Below are positions 18,938 through 29,950 of a stretch of 64,000 bases of DNA, in pieces. How positions within the stretch are numbered: the first letter of the stretch is position 1; each line of letters opens with the position of its first letter. The position numbers were made by a program, and so were the translations under genes. Source of the stretch: Longimicrobiales bacterium (GTDB lineage Bacteria; Gemmatimonadota; Gemmatimonadetes; Longimicrobiales; Gaopeijiaceae); NCBI GenBank assembly GCA_965249725.1, contig OZ252251.1, forward strand, positions 726,324 through 790,323, read 5' to 3'. The notes under the pieces are model-generated. The model was not told where the DNA came from. It saw nothing but the letters and a program-made list of their open reading frames with translations, and searched no databases.

Positions 18938-18973
18938 TCACGTAGCGGTCGCTCGACCCTCGCGAGCCTCCCC

Positions 18974-20809
18974 CTACCGATACCCTGCCGCCTGAAGGGT
19001 GAAGAGTTCGGCGTAACGGCCCTCCAGCGCGAGGAGCTCCTCGTGGGTCCCTTCCTCCTTCACGCTTCCGTGCTCGAGCACGACGATTCGATCGGCCATG
19101 CGCACCGTTGAGAAGCGGTGGGAAATCAGCACGGCCATTCTTCCGCGGGTCAACTCGGCGAACCGCTCGAAGACGTGGTATTCGGCCTTCGCGTCCAGGG
19201 CTGCGGTGGGCTCGTCGAGGATGAGTACTTGGGCATCACGCATGTAGGCGCGGGCGAGTCCGACCTTTTGCCACTCCCCGCCAGAGAGGTTGGCCCCACC
19301 GTCGAACCGTCGGCCGAGCATATGTTCGAAACCCTCTTCGAGCTCGGACACGACCGTGTCTGCCAGGCTGTCTTCGGCCGCTCGGGCGATACGCGACTGA
19401 TCCCCCAGGGCCTCGATCTGACCTACCGCGATGTTCTCCCGCATGATCAGATCGTAGCGGACGAAGTCCTGGAAGATGACCCCGATCGCCCGGCGCAACT
19501 CGCTCACGTCGTACTCCTTGAGGTCCACCCCGTCCAGGAGAATGCGTCCTTCATCGGGGTCGTATAGCCGAGCCAGGAGCTTCACGAGCGTGGTCTTCCC
19601 TGCACCGTTCTCGCCGACGAAGGCAACTCGATCGTCGGCCCCCAATCGGAGGGAGACGTTGCGAATGGCCCACCGGTCGCTGTCGGGATACCGGAAGCCG
19701 ACGTTCTCGAACACGATCCCGTCCTTGATGGGGCGAGGTATCGGCACCGGATCGGCCGGGCACGGAGCCGCAGGCGTCATCTCCAAGAAGGTGAAGAGAT
19801 CGCGGAGGAACAGGCTCTGCTCGTAGACGTCGGCGGAGCGCAACAGGATGCCACTGATCAGGGCCCTGCTACGCTGGCAAGACCCCACCAGGAATGTCAG
19901 GTCTCCTAGCGAGAGAACCCCGCGGACGGTATCGACGATGATGAAGACGCTGGCGGCGTAGTACCCCAGCGTCGACACCGCAGTCAGTCCGCCCGAAGTG
20001 GCCGCGCGCCTGGTCGAGAGTGCCTTGTTCGCTTCGTAGAACTTGTCCGCCAGACGTTCGTACTTCCGGGTGAAGTAGTCCGACAGACCGAAGAGCTTCA
20101 CTTCCTTCGCCGTCACGTTGCTCGTGGCCACGTACCGCAGGTAGTCCAGTTCCCTGCGCTCGGGGGTCCACTTGAACAGCAGCGAGTACGACAGACCGGC
20201 GAAGTGGGTCTCGCCGATGAACGACGGCAGTACCGCCACGACGAGCAGAAGCAGGAGCCAGACATTGAACGCCACGAGCACGACGAGAAGAGAGGCCAGG
20301 GTCAGGGCGCTTTGGCCGATGCCCAGAAGGAGTGCCACCAGCCCGATTCTCCCCACGGTCTGTCGGCGGGCCCTCTCGAGCGAATCGTAGAACTGAGGAT
20401 CCTCGAAGTTCTCCAGATCGAGCGTCGCGGCGTGCTCCATGATGCGCACGGAGAGGCGGTTGCCGAACAGGTCGGCCAAGAGACTCTCCAGAAGGTTGGA
20501 GGCTCTTTGGAAGAGGTCGGACACGAGGGCGACCGCCAGCTCCAGCGCCACCAGACGCATAATGCCCGTCCAGTCCGGCTGCGCGGCCCCGATGTTCGCC
20601 ACCACCGCATCGATGATGAGCTTCCCGATCCACAGCTGCACGACCGGTGAGAACGCGAGCACCAGCCGTAGCGATACGATCGCTGTGGCATAGTAGGGCT
20701 GGGCGCGCCAGACCATGCGCAGAAAGCGTGGCACAAGGCGGAGCGCCACCAAGCGCTCCCTGAAGGGTGGAAGATCGACGGAACGACGGCGCCCGAGACC
20801 CGGAGGCAC
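18974..20809 (-). CDS. ABC transporter, fused permease/ATP-binding protein
   Basis: TM domain; GENGAGKT, LSGGEWQK, LILDEPT. Confidence 0.95.
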   Translation of the reverse strand: MPPGLGRRRSVDLPPFRERLVALRLVPRFLRMVWRAQPYYATAIVSLRLVLAFSPVVQLWIGKLIIDAVVANIGAAQPDWTGIMRLVALELAVALVSDLFQRASNLLESLLADLFGNRLSVRIMEHAATLDLENFEDPQFYDSLERARRQTVGRIGLVALLLGIGQSALTLASLLVVLVAFNVWLLLLLVVAVLPSFIGETHFAGLSYSLLFKWTPERRELDYLRYVATSNVTAKEVKLFGLSDYFTRKYERLADKFYEANKALSTRRAATSGGLTAVSTLGYYAASVFIIVDTVRGVLSLGDLTFLVGSCQRSRALISGILLRSADVYEQSLFLRDLFTFLEMTPAAPCPADPVPIPRPIKDGIVFENVGFRYPDSDRWAIRNVSLRLGADDRVAFVGENGAGKTTLVKLLARLYDPDEGRILLDGVDLKEYDVSELRRAIGVIFQDFVRYDLIMRENIAVGQIEALGDQSRIARAAEDSLADTVVSELEEGFEHMLGRRFDGGANLSGGEWQKVGLARAYMRDAQVLILDEPTAALDAKAEYHVFERFAELTRGRMAVLISHRFSTVRMADRIVVLEHGSVKEEGTHEELLALEGRYAELFTLQAAGYR

Positions 20810-20838
20810 CGCTTACACGCTCCGCCTTCGGTCCCTGA

Positions 20839-21342
20839 TCAACCCTCGTCGTCCTCCGGGGCCCGGTTGCCGAATTCCCGGTCCAGCATGAGAAGAGCGG
20901 CCTGGTCGTCACCAGCCATCTTCACCTGATCGCTAGCGGCTGAAGCGCTATCCTCCTCTTCGACCTGCTCGGCGATGAACCACTGCAGCTCCTGCTGCGC
21001 CGCCCAGTCGCCCTCCTCGCCCGAGAGTTCGAAGAGGCGGTGGATGAGAGCCGTCACCTTCTGCTCATGGGCCAAGACGCTCTCGAATATCTCCGCCGGA
21101 GGTCCGAACTGCGTCTGGGGTCCGTCGATGGCCTGAAGCTCGACCCGGCCGCCGCGACGCAGCACGTGATCGTACAGCCGCAGAGCGTGCTCCAACTCCT
21201 CCTGAGCCTGAAGCTTCATCCAGTGGGCGAAACCGGGAAGGTTCTCGGCCTCGAAGTGGGCGGATATGGACAGGTAAAGATATCCGGAAAAGAGCTCGTC
21301 TTTGATCTGCTCGTTGAATGCGGCCTGCACCTTGTCGTTCAT
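20839..21342 (-). CDS. ftnA: non-heme ferritin
   Basis: QIKDELFS, QAQEELEHA, HEQKVT, WFIAEQVEEE ferroxidase motifs. Confidence 0.9.
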   Translation of the reverse strand: MNDKVQAAFNEQIKDELFSGYLYLSISAHFEAENLPGFAHWMKLQAQEELEHALRLYDHVLRRGGRVELQAIDGPQTQFGPPAEIFESVLAHEQKVTALIHRLFELSGEEGDWAAQQELQWFIAEQVEEEDSASAASDQVKMAGDDQAALLMLDREFGNRAPEDDEG

Positions 21343-21490
21343 CGGGACCTCTTGGTGGCTGAGCGTCTGACCGTCCCCGGGAAGGGCGGAGATCGGCCGA
21401 GGGAACGCTTCACACTACCCCCGACCCGCCGAGATGTGCAGTCGCGTTTTCCGGATTCCGGAAAGAGCACGATTCGGTCGGATCACCGCC

Positions 21491-21868
21491 CTATCCGGCT
21501 CTCCCCCCGTCATCCGACGAGTCGCCGCCTGCATCGAGCTTCCGTGACGGCTCGTCCCCTCCCCGGGTGATCTGCTCGAGCTTTCCAAGGAGCGTGTTGC
21601 TCCCGGCCCGGCTGACACCGAAGAGGCCGTCATCGCTCGCTTCGGCGCGCTCGGCCGCACCGTGCAAGTTGAGCCACAGGTCGAACTTCTCGCTCACTCG
21701 CATGACTTTGTAGAAGTACCGCCGTTGACCATGGCGCCGAAAAACGAGATCAGCGGCGAATGCGACGAACGATACCGTGAACACCGCACCGTCCTTGAGG
21801 CCATCGATCAGCAGCTTGAGCTGGAAGATGGCGAAGTCTCTGATCGAGACCTTGGTTCTGGGGTCCAT
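21491..21868 (-). CDS. hypothetical protein
   Basis: 125 aa with protein-like composition (FQLKLLIDGLKD...FDLWLNL). Confidence 0.7.
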   Translation of the reverse strand: MDPRTKVSIRDFAIFQLKLLIDGLKDGAVFTVSFVAFAADLVFRRHGQRRYFYKVMRVSEKFDLWLNLHGAAERAEASDDGLFGVSRAGSNTLLGKLEQITRGGDEPSRKLDAGGDSSDDGGRAG

Positions 21869-22115
21869 AACGACGCCTTGTTTACCCTGCTGTACACGGC
21901 GGAATTTGACGAGGCCAACCCTACGGATCTATTACGTGTTTTGCTTCTCCTCCGCCAGGTTTCGCAGGCGGCGGGATCCTTCGATTATCAGAGGAACCTT
22001 TCCCTTGGGGGTTACGTACCGATACATCCCCCTCGGCCCGGCCAGAGCGCCGCTTTCGCGCGTTCGAACGCTCCTGCCGGGAAAGGGAGTGTTGACGACG
22101 AGATTGGAGTGAACG

Positions 22116-23006
22116 GTGCGCGCAATGGTATCTCTCATCAGTGCGGCCACACTCACGCTTATCATCGGTTCGCCCACACCCCCATCGGCGTACCCATCGG
22201 CGTACCCATCGGCGCACCCATCGGCGCAACAGACCTCGCCACGCGCCTCGTTCCTCTCGTCTGAAGCCGTTGCGACTGCGCCGGGGACCGCTCGTCCCAT
22301 CGGGTCGGCCGACCCATCCGTACAGGCCGAGGGCATCCCGCGCGAGTTCTACTTCTCGCGCGTCGCCTATACGGGTTACAGCCGAGGGTTCTACGGACGC
22401 GGGCCGTCCTGGGCGACGGACTTTCCCAAGGCCGATCAGATCTTCCTTTCGTTCATCGACCGGCTGCTTTCCAACCTGGACGCGTACGAGAGGGAGCACC
22501 CGGTCCAGTTGAACGATCCCGAGATACGCCGTTTCCCTTACCTCTACGCGCTCGAAGTCGGTCGTATGGCTCTCACCGACCCCGAGATCCAAGGGCTGCG
22601 GAGTTACCTGATGGCTGGCGGCTTCCTGGTCATCGACGACTTCTGGGGGTCACGCGAGTGGCAGAATTTCGAGTACCAGATGCAGCTCGTACTGCCCGGC
22701 CACTCCATCGCCGACCTGCCGCTCGACCACCCGATCTTCACCGCGTTCTACGAGATCGAAGAGATCATGCAGGTCCCCAACGTCCGCAATGGCGTGAACG
22801 GTTGGCAGACTCACGAGGGCGACGGAATCGTGCCCATGGTCAAGGGGATCCACGATGAGAACGGCCGCCTGATGGTGGTCATCAACTTCAATACCGATCT
22901 GGGCGACGCCTGGGAATGGGCGGACAATCCTTACTATCCCCTCAAGTACTCGACGTATGCCTACGAGATGGGCGTGAACATGATCGTGTACGCCATGAGT
23001 CACTGA
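22116..23006 (+). CDS. DUF4159 domain protein (exported)
   Basis: WATDFPKAD, YLMAGGFLVIDDFWG, NTDLGDAWE, MGVNMIVYAMSH; PSAY tandem repeat after the signal. Confidence 0.9.
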   Translation: MRAMVSLISAATLTLIIGSPTPPSAYPSAYPSAHPSAQQTSPRASFLSSEAVATAPGTARPIGSADPSVQAEGIPREFYFSRVAYTGYSRGFYGRGPSWATDFPKADQIFLSFIDRLLSNLDAYEREHPVQLNDPEIRRFPYLYALEVGRMALTDPEIQGLRSYLMAGGFLVIDDFWGSREWQNFEYQMQLVLPGHSIADLPLDHPIFTAFYEIEEIMQVPNVRNGVNGWQTHEGDGIVPMVKGIHDENGRLMVVINFNTDLGDAWEWADNPYYPLKYSTYAYEMGVNMIVYAMSH

Positions 23007-23028
23007 TCATGCTCCAGGAAACGACCTG

Positions 23029-25317
23029 ATGCAGGGCCTCTTCGAATTCCTGTTCAAGTATCGCCCTCTTCTCTTTCAGGAGGGCGAGTTCACCTTCGGA
23101 TCTCCGTGGCCCACCATGGTGGTGCTCGGGCTGGTCGCCGCACTCTCGATTCCGACGGTCCTTACCTACACGGCAGCAAGGGGTAATACGCAGCCCGTGG
23201 ATCGGGCGGTCATGGCCACCCTTCGACTCGGGGTGATCGCGCTGCTGGTGTTCATCCTCTTCCAGCCCACACTCGTCCTCACTTCGGTGGTACCACAGCG
23301 GAACTTCGTGGGGATTCTCGTCGACGATTCCCAGAGCATGCAGATTGCATCAGACGATGGGGTGCCTCGAAGTGACTTCATCCGTCAGACGTTTGGAGCG
23401 GAGGGAAGCGAATTGCTCAGCGAACTCAGCGACAAGTTCGCCCTCCGATTCTTCCGATTCAGCAGAGAGACGAGCCGGATGGAGGACGTGTCGGAGCTGA
23501 CGTTCGCAGGGACCGGCACTGAGCTCGGTAGCGCGATGGTCCGCGCCCAGGAGGAATTGGCCGGAGTCCCGCTTTCCGGCTTGGTCGTGATCTCCGACGG
23601 CGCGGATAACTCGGGCGAGACCCTCGCGGAGTCATTGTTGCCGCTCCAGGCGGCCAACATACCCGTCTACACGGTCGGCCTCGGGGAGGAAACGCTCTCG
23701 CCAGACGTGCAGGTCAGTCGCGTCGAGGTCCCGCGAACGGTGCTCTTGGGCACGTCGCTGGTCGTCGACGTGATCGTTTCGCACCGCGGCTTCCCCGGCC
23801 AAACCGTCCCCCTCGTGGTTGAGGACGGTGGTATCCTCATGGCCACCGAGGACGTGACGTTCGAGGGAGACGGGGAGCCGGTCGTGGCACGCATCAGGCT
23901 CGAGGTCTCCGAGAGTGGACCGCGCCTGCTCCAGTTCAGAGTGCCGGTTCAGGACGGCGAGAGGGTGGCCCGCAACAACGTTCGCGAAGTCCTGATCGAT
24001 GTCGTCGACGAGGCGGAGAAGGTCCTCTACTTCGAGGGCGAGCCTCGCTGGGAGGTGAAGTTCCTACGTCGCGCCGTGTCGGGCGACGACAACCTGCAGG
24101 TGGTGGTGCTCCAGCGAACCGCCGAGAGCAAATTCCTTCGTCTGGACGTGGACGACGCCGAAGAGTTGGCGGCCGGCTTCCCGAAGACCCGGGAGGAGTT
24201 GTTCCGCTACCGGGCCCTGATCCTCGGTAGTGTCGAGGCTAGTTTCTTCACGCACGACCAGCTCAACATGATCGCGGACTTCGTGTCCAAGCGGGGTGGA
24301 GGACTCCTCCTTCTCGGAGGCCGCAATTCGTTCCGAGAGGGAGGCTACGTCGGAACACCTGTCGAGGAAGCCCTTCCCGTGTTCCTGGACGACGAACTGA
24401 GCGACGGCCGCCCCTTCTTCTCCGAGCTCGTCGTGAGCCCGACGCGTACCGGGTTGACCCACCCCGCGACACAGCTGGGAGGTGACGGAGGCGAGGAGGT
24501 GAGGGCGCTTTGGGAGTCTCTCCCACCGGTCTCCTCCCTGAACCCCATCACCCGCCTCAAGCCGGGCGCTACCAGCCTGCTTACAGGTGGGAGTGAGGAA
24601 GACCGCACGACACAGGTGGTGCTGGCCTATCACCGCTACGGCCGTGGCAAGGTCATCGTGCTTCCCATCCAGGACTCGTGGATCTGGCAGATGCACGCAG
24701 AGGTGGATCTGGAGGACCAGACCCATGAGACCTTCTGGCGCCAGCTCATCCGTTGGCTGGCTGACGGCGTACCGCATCGGGTCGGCGCCCAGGGCGAGCG
24801 CGAGGTCGTGGAGCCCGGGCAGTCGGTCGGCATCTCGGCCGAGGTGAACGACTCGGCGTACGTGGAGGTCAACAACGGCAACATCGTCGCGACGGTCCGG
24901 AGCCCCGGTGGGGACTCCCTGAGCGTACCCCTAGACTGGGCGGTCGACCAGGACGGACGCTATGACGCCAACTTCACGACGTCGGAGCCGGGCTTGTACG
25001 AGATCTCCGTCCAGGCCACGCGCGCGGCCGACACGTTGGGAACGGCCGTCACCTACGTGCACGCGGCCCCGTCCGACGACGAGTACTTCGACGCGAGCAT
25101 GCGCGGCACCACCCTACGGCGCGTGGCCGAAGAGACTGGGGGCCTGTTCTACACGCCCGACGATGTCGCGTCCCTGCCTGAAGACATCAGCCTGACCGGT
25201 GCGGGGGTGACCCTCACGGAGGAGCGGGATCTTTGGGACATGCCGTTCCTCCTGATCCTCCTTCTGAGCCTCATGGCCGGTGAGTGGGGCTACCGCCGCA
25301 AGAGGAGCCTCGTTTGA
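23029..25317 (+). CDS. membrane protein with VWA and glutamine-amidotransferase-like domains
   Basis: TM helices; DDSQSM MIDAS, ISDG; GGGLLLLGG; EWGYRRK C-terminus. Confidence 0.85.
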   Translation: MQGLFEFLFKYRPLLFQEGEFTFGSPWPTMVVLGLVAALSIPTVLTYTAARGNTQPVDRAVMATLRLGVIALLVFILFQPTLVLTSVVPQRNFVGILVDDSQSMQIASDDGVPRSDFIRQTFGAEGSELLSELSDKFALRFFRFSRETSRMEDVSELTFAGTGTELGSAMVRAQEELAGVPLSGLVVISDGADNSGETLAESLLPLQAANIPVYTVGLGEETLSPDVQVSRVEVPRTVLLGTSLVVDVIVSHRGFPGQTVPLVVEDGGILMATEDVTFEGDGEPVVARIRLEVSESGPRLLQFRVPVQDGERVARNNVREVLIDVVDEAEKVLYFEGEPRWEVKFLRRAVSGDDNLQVVVLQRTAESKFLRLDVDDAEELAAGFPKTREELFRYRALILGSVEASFFTHDQLNMIADFVSKRGGGLLLLGGRNSFREGGYVGTPVEEALPVFLDDELSDGRPFFSELVVSPTRTGLTHPATQLGGDGGEEVRALWESLPPVSSLNPITRLKPGATSLLTGGSEEDRTTQVVLAYHRYGRGKVIVLPIQDSWIWQMHAEVDLEDQTHETFWRQLIRWLADGVPHRVGAQGEREVVEPGQSVGISAEVNDSAYVEVNNGNIVATVRSPGGDSLSVPLDWAVDQDGRYDANFTTSEPGLYEISVQATRAADTLGTAVTYVHAAPSDDEYFDASMRGTTLRRVAEETGGLFYTPDDVASLPEDISLTGAGVTLTEERDLWDMPFLLILLLSLMAGEWGYRRKRSLV

Positions 25318-26333
25318 CCCTCAAGCGTTTCTGCGTGGCGGCCCTCGTGGCTGGTGTGTCCGTCCCCGGCACCCTATCGACGCCGAGCCTTGCTGCGGCG
25401 CAGGAGACGCACGTCCTCGTGATCGGCGGGCTCGGCGGTGACGACGCGTATCGAGAGCGCTTCCTCGAGTGGGGTGGCTCGTTCGTCGACGCCGCCACGG
25501 AACGCCTCGGCGTACCCCGTGATCACATCGTATATCTGGGCGAGAAGCCCGAGGCGGATCCTCGGATCACCGACCGCTCGAGCCGCGACAACGTTGAGCG
25601 GGTCTTTGCGGAGATCGCGTCCAAGGCCGCTCCGGGCGATCACGTGTTCATCATGCTGATCGGACACGGCAGCTACACCTCGGGCGAATCGCGATTCAAC
25701 CTGCCCGGACCCGACCTGACCGCAGAGGACTTCGCGCTCATGCTCGACCAGCTGGTCGAGCAGAGGGTCTCCTTCGCCAATGTGACGAGTGCCAGCGGCG
25801 GTTTCGTCACCGCCCTCTCCGGCCCGGGCCGGGCCATCGTAACGGCCACGAAGACCGGCATGGAGCGCAACGAGTCCGTGTTCGCGGGCTATTTCATCAG
25901 CGCGTTCACGGGAGACGGGGCGGACCTCGACAAGAACGGTCGCGTCTCGCTGTCCGAGGCATTCGAGTTCGCACGCACGGAGGTCGCTCGAGAGTACGAG
26001 AGTGACGGACGGATCATGACCGAGCACGCGCTCCTCGACGACAATGGTGACGGCGAGGGGAGTGAGAGCCTGGAGGAGGGGCTGGACGGAGTGTTGGCCG
26101 GGAAGCTGTTCCTGGGGGTGAGCCCCACGGCGGTGGCGGCCATGTCCACCGATGATCCCGCGCTGAGGGCGCTCTACGAGGAAAAGGCCGTCTTGGAGCA
26201 ACGCATCGAGGAGCTCCGGGCCATCAAGGACCAAATGGACGAGGAGCGCTACGAAACGACGTTCGAAGACCTACTCGTCGAGCTGGCACTCAAGAATCGT
26301 GCGATCCAGGCACGAGAGGGTGCCGGTTCGTGA
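25314..26333 (+). CDS. exported caspase/C13-peptidase-like fold protein
   Basis: Signal peptide; LIGHGS, FNLPGPD, TSASGGF; TTG start overlaps the upstream stop. Confidence 0.7.
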   Translation: MTLKRFCVAALVAGVSVPGTLSTPSLAAAQETHVLVIGGLGGDDAYRERFLEWGGSFVDAATERLGVPRDHIVYLGEKPEADPRITDRSSRDNVERVFAEIASKAAPGDHVFIMLIGHGSYTSGESRFNLPGPDLTAEDFALMLDQLVEQRVSFANVTSASGGFVTALSGPGRAIVTATKTGMERNESVFAGYFISAFTGDGADLDKNGRVSLSEAFEFARTEVAREYESDGRIMTEHALLDDNGDGEGSESLEEGLDGVLAGKLFLGVSPTAVAAMSTDDPALRALYEEKAVLEQRIEELRAIKDQMDEERYETTFEDLLVELALKNRAIQAREGAGS

Positions 26334-29005
26334 AGCGTTTGATCACCGTCCTGCTGCTCGCGGTTTCGGCCCAACTCGGCTCATGGACCCCTGCGGGGGC
26401 CCAGACGACGCTCGAGCAGGCCCGGCGCCAGGCACGCTCTGGAGAGTACGACGCGGCCATCTCGGCACTCCGTGCACTGGCGGCCCCCGGCGAGAACGCT
26501 CCGTCCAGTATCACGACCGACGTCCGGCTGGGCGCGTACATCGCGTATTTGAACGCCCTCGCTGAGGTGGGTCGCTACGACGAGGCTCTCGACGCGGGAG
26601 CGCAGGCTCCCGAGGCCCTGTCCGCGGAGTTGGCAAACTCCGTGGGTGAGGTACTCTACCAGGTCGGTCGCCTCGACGAGGCGCGAGAACAGTTCGATCG
26701 GTCCTGGAATGCGGGCGCGCGAGACCGGCACACCGCACGGCTGAACCGGGCGATTCTCGAATGGCGCTACGGCGATCGTGACACGGCCATTAGCGAGTTC
26801 GACTCGTTCATCGATCTCTACAACGACGCCCCTACGCTCTCTTCGAGCGAGCTCACGTCGATCGCAACCGCGGTCCGCTACCTGGGCACCGCAGAGCACG
26901 AGCTCTTCCAGGATGCCCTCAAGGCCTACGACGAGGCGATCGTAGCGGATCCGGGCTCCTTGGAGGCCCGCGTGCTCCTGAGCGAACTGTTCCTGGAGAA
27001 GTACAACGGCACGGAGGCAGACGCGTCCCTGAATGCCGTCCTCTCCCAGAACCCCCGTCACCCACGGGCGCTTCTGGGCCTGGCTAGGGCCATGGAGTTC
27101 AATGGCACGATCGGCGTCATGGATCAGGTGGAGGCGGCGTTGGAGAGCAATCCCAATCTCGTCGCCGGCAGAGTCTTCAAGGCCTGGCTCCACCTCGGGG
27201 TGGAGAGGCACGACGAGGCCCGTGCCGAGATCGAGGCCGCTCTGGAGGTAAACCCGGTCTCGCTCGAGGCCCTGAGCGCGCTGGCTGCCAGCCACTATCT
27301 CCGCGGAGAGGTCGACGACTACGAGAGATTGCGAAACCGGGTTGGCGAGCTGAGCCCAGACTACGGCGAGATCTACAACGATATAGCCGAGCTGAGCGTG
27401 AAGAGCCGCAAGTACCACGATGCCGCCCGCCTCGCCTCCCAGGCCATCGCCCTCGATCCTAAGTCCTGGAGAGGCTATGGCCTCCTGGGGGTGAACCAGC
27501 TCCGGCTCGGCCAGATAGAGGAGGGTCGAGCGAACCTGGAGACCGCGTTCGAAGGTGACCCGTACAACGTCTGGTTCTTCAACACGCTGAGCCTTCTCGA
27601 CACCTTCGAGCACTACGAGGTGCTGGAGGAGGACTCACGCTTCGAGTACGTGCTCCACGAGCGCGAGGCCGAGGTCCTGGCTCCGTATATCGAACAGATC
27701 GCGGAGGAATCCCTTGAGGCTCTCGTGGACCGATACGGCGGGTACACACCGCCCCTGCCGGTCCGCATCGAGGTCTTCCCGAGCCATATGGACTTCTCGG
27801 TGCGCACAGTGGGCTTGGGAGGCCTCGGTGCCCTGGGCGTGACCTTCGGAAGCGTCGTCGCGATGGACTCGCCCTCGGCCAGGGCCCAGGGGGACTTCAA
27901 CTGGGCGTCCGTCCTCTGGCACGAGATGGCTCACGTTTTTCACCTCGGCCTCAGCGAGCACGAGGTGCCCCGATGGTTCTCGGAGGGGTTGGCGGTGCAC
28001 GAGCAGCGCCGAGCAAGGCCGGGCTGGGGCCACCAGCCGTCACCGGGCTTCCTGAGCAGATACCAGGAAGGGCTCATGCTTCCGGTGAGCCAGATGAACG
28101 CCGGGTTCGTCCAACCGTCCTATCCCCAGCAGGTCGTGGACTCGTACCTGCAGGCATCGCTGGTCTTCGACTTCATCGAAGGCCGCTGGGGATTCGAGCC
28201 GATCCTGCAGATGCTGCACGGCTATCGTGACGGAGAGACGACCCCCGCGTTGGTGGAGCGCCTGCTGGACATCGAGATGGAGGATCTGGACCGGGACTTC
28301 GACGAGTATTTCCGGGGCCGGTACGAAAGCTCTCTCAACGCCCTGGCCGCGCCGGCTGGAAGCGCCGGGATGTCGACACAGCCCACCTCGGTTGAAGACA
28401 TCGCCCGGCTGGCTCGTGAGAACCCGGACAACTTCCGCGCGCGGCTCACGGCTGGCGTGGCCCTCTTCCAGCGGGACCGCCCGGACGAAGCCGAAGGTCA
28501 CCTGCGCGCCGCGCTGCGTCTCTTCCCGGAGTATGGAGGCATCGACAGCCCCTACTGGTTCCTGGCTCAAATCCACGCGCAGCGGGGGGAGACCGAGTTG
28601 GCCGCGGCGGCCCTCGCCCGTCAAACCGCCCTGAACGAAAGCCACTACGAGGCCTTCCTCCAGCACGGCGAGCTGCTGAACGAACTGGGGGACGTCGAAG
28701 GGGCGGCGGCAGCCTTGGACGCCGCCGTGTTGATCTACCCTTATGAGATCGAGCTCCACGATCGACTGGCCACCGTCCACACCGAGCGGGGCGACCTCAC
28801 GGGCGCCGTTAGAGAGCGCCGCGCAGTGGTGGCGCTCGAGCCTACCGACAGGGCCGGAGCATACTACCAGCTGGCGCGCGCCTATTGGGCGGACGGCCAG
28901 ATACGAGAGGCACGCAGGGCCGTCCTGAAAGCCCTCGAGAACGCCCCCAACTACCAAGAGGCATTGGATCTCCTGTTGGAGATTCGAGCGGGAGGTACGC
29001 AATGA
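26330..29005 (+). CDS. exported TPR protein with a peptidase MA-like zinc domain
   Basis: Signal peptide; TPRs; HEMAH...PRWFSEG gluzincin motif. Confidence 0.9.
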   Translation: MKRLITVLLLAVSAQLGSWTPAGAQTTLEQARRQARSGEYDAAISALRALAAPGENAPSSITTDVRLGAYIAYLNALAEVGRYDEALDAGAQAPEALSAELANSVGEVLYQVGRLDEAREQFDRSWNAGARDRHTARLNRAILEWRYGDRDTAISEFDSFIDLYNDAPTLSSSELTSIATAVRYLGTAEHELFQDALKAYDEAIVADPGSLEARVLLSELFLEKYNGTEADASLNAVLSQNPRHPRALLGLARAMEFNGTIGVMDQVEAALESNPNLVAGRVFKAWLHLGVERHDEARAEIEAALEVNPVSLEALSALAASHYLRGEVDDYERLRNRVGELSPDYGEIYNDIAELSVKSRKYHDAARLASQAIALDPKSWRGYGLLGVNQLRLGQIEEGRANLETAFEGDPYNVWFFNTLSLLDTFEHYEVLEEDSRFEYVLHEREAEVLAPYIEQIAEESLEALVDRYGGYTPPLPVRIEVFPSHMDFSVRTVGLGGLGALGVTFGSVVAMDSPSARAQGDFNWASVLWHEMAHVFHLGLSEHEVPRWFSEGLAVHEQRRARPGWGHQPSPGFLSRYQEGLMLPVSQMNAGFVQPSYPQQVVDSYLQASLVFDFIEGRWGFEPILQMLHGYRDGETTPALVERLLDIEMEDLDRDFDEYFRGRYESSLNALAAPAGSAGMSTQPTSVEDIARLARENPDNFRARLTAGVALFQRDRPDEAEGHLRAALRLFPEYGGIDSPYWFLAQIHAQRGETELAAAALARQTALNESHYEAFLQHGELLNELGDVEGAAAALDAAVLIYPYEIELHDRLATVHTERGDLTGAVRERRAVVALEPTDRAGAYYQLARAYWADGQIREARRAVLKALENAPNYQEALDLLLEIRAGGTQ

Positions 29006-29844
29006 AGCGCGCCTCGACGCTTGCGATCGTCGGTTTGGGTGTCGCGACCTACCTGGCGGGTTCGGTGGCATTCCGTATCGGTTCGGCAGGCACGTCGGCG
29101 GGCACGTCGGCGGGCACGTCGGCGGGCATTTCGGCAGGCGACGCCGGCATCGCGACCCAAACGGGCAACACTCCCTACGACGGGCGATTCACCTTCGCTC
29201 GCATACGCTTCGGAGGCGGTCTGTCGAGTGGCAGCTTCCGAGGGGGCCGGCGCGGACGGGGCGGCCAGCCGCCCTGGGCCCACGACTTTCCGCGGGCCGA
29301 ACGCAACTTCATGAACATCATTTCAGAGACGACGCTCATCCGACCGTATATGGATGGCGGAAACGTGTTCGACACCGACGATCCGGAGTTCACTCGCTTC
29401 CCGTTGTCCTACATCTCCGAACCGGGTTTCTGGTATCCCTCGGACGAAGAGATCCTGGGTCTACGGAACTACCTCATGAAGGGTGGCTTCATGATTGCAG
29501 ACGACTTCCAGGGAAGCGACTGGTACAACTTCGACGCACAGATGAAGAAGGTGATTCCCGGCGCTCAGTTCGTGCAGCTCGACGAGAGCCACCCGATTTT
29601 CGATTCCTTTTTCCGTATCGAGTCGCTGGAGACCCTCTCCCCCCCTTATTCTCGGAATCCGGCCGTGTACCTCGGACTACACGAAGACAACGATCCGGAG
29701 AAGCGTTTGGTCGTGATTGCGAACTACAACAACGACATCGGCGAGTATTGGGAGTTTTCCGACGTCGGGTGGTACCCTATCGACCTCTCGAACGAAGCCT
29801 ACAAGCTGGGTGTGAACTATTTGATCTATGCGATGACGCATTGA
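29002..29844 (+). CDS. DUF4159 domain protein (second paralogue)
   Basis: WAHDFPRAE, YLMKGGFMIADDF, NNDIGEYWE, LGVNYLIYAMTH; SAGT repeats. Confidence 0.9.
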   Translation: MKRASTLAIVGLGVATYLAGSVAFRIGSAGTSAGTSAGTSAGISAGDAGIATQTGNTPYDGRFTFARIRFGGGLSSGSFRGGRRGRGGQPPWAHDFPRAERNFMNIISETTLIRPYMDGGNVFDTDDPEFTRFPLSYISEPGFWYPSDEEILGLRNYLMKGGFMIADDFQGSDWYNFDAQMKKVIPGAQFVQLDESHPIFDSFFRIESLETLSPPYSRNPAVYLGLHEDNDPEKRLVVIANYNNDIGEYWEFSDVGWYPIDLSNEAYKLGVNYLIYAMTH

Positions 29845-29950
29845 TGACTTCTTTTCGAACCGGCCGACCCCGGCGTTGAGGCGGGCTATCTAACCCACAG
29901 CAGTGACGACACGTCACCAGGCGGCTTTCGCCGCCTGAACGGAGCAACAC

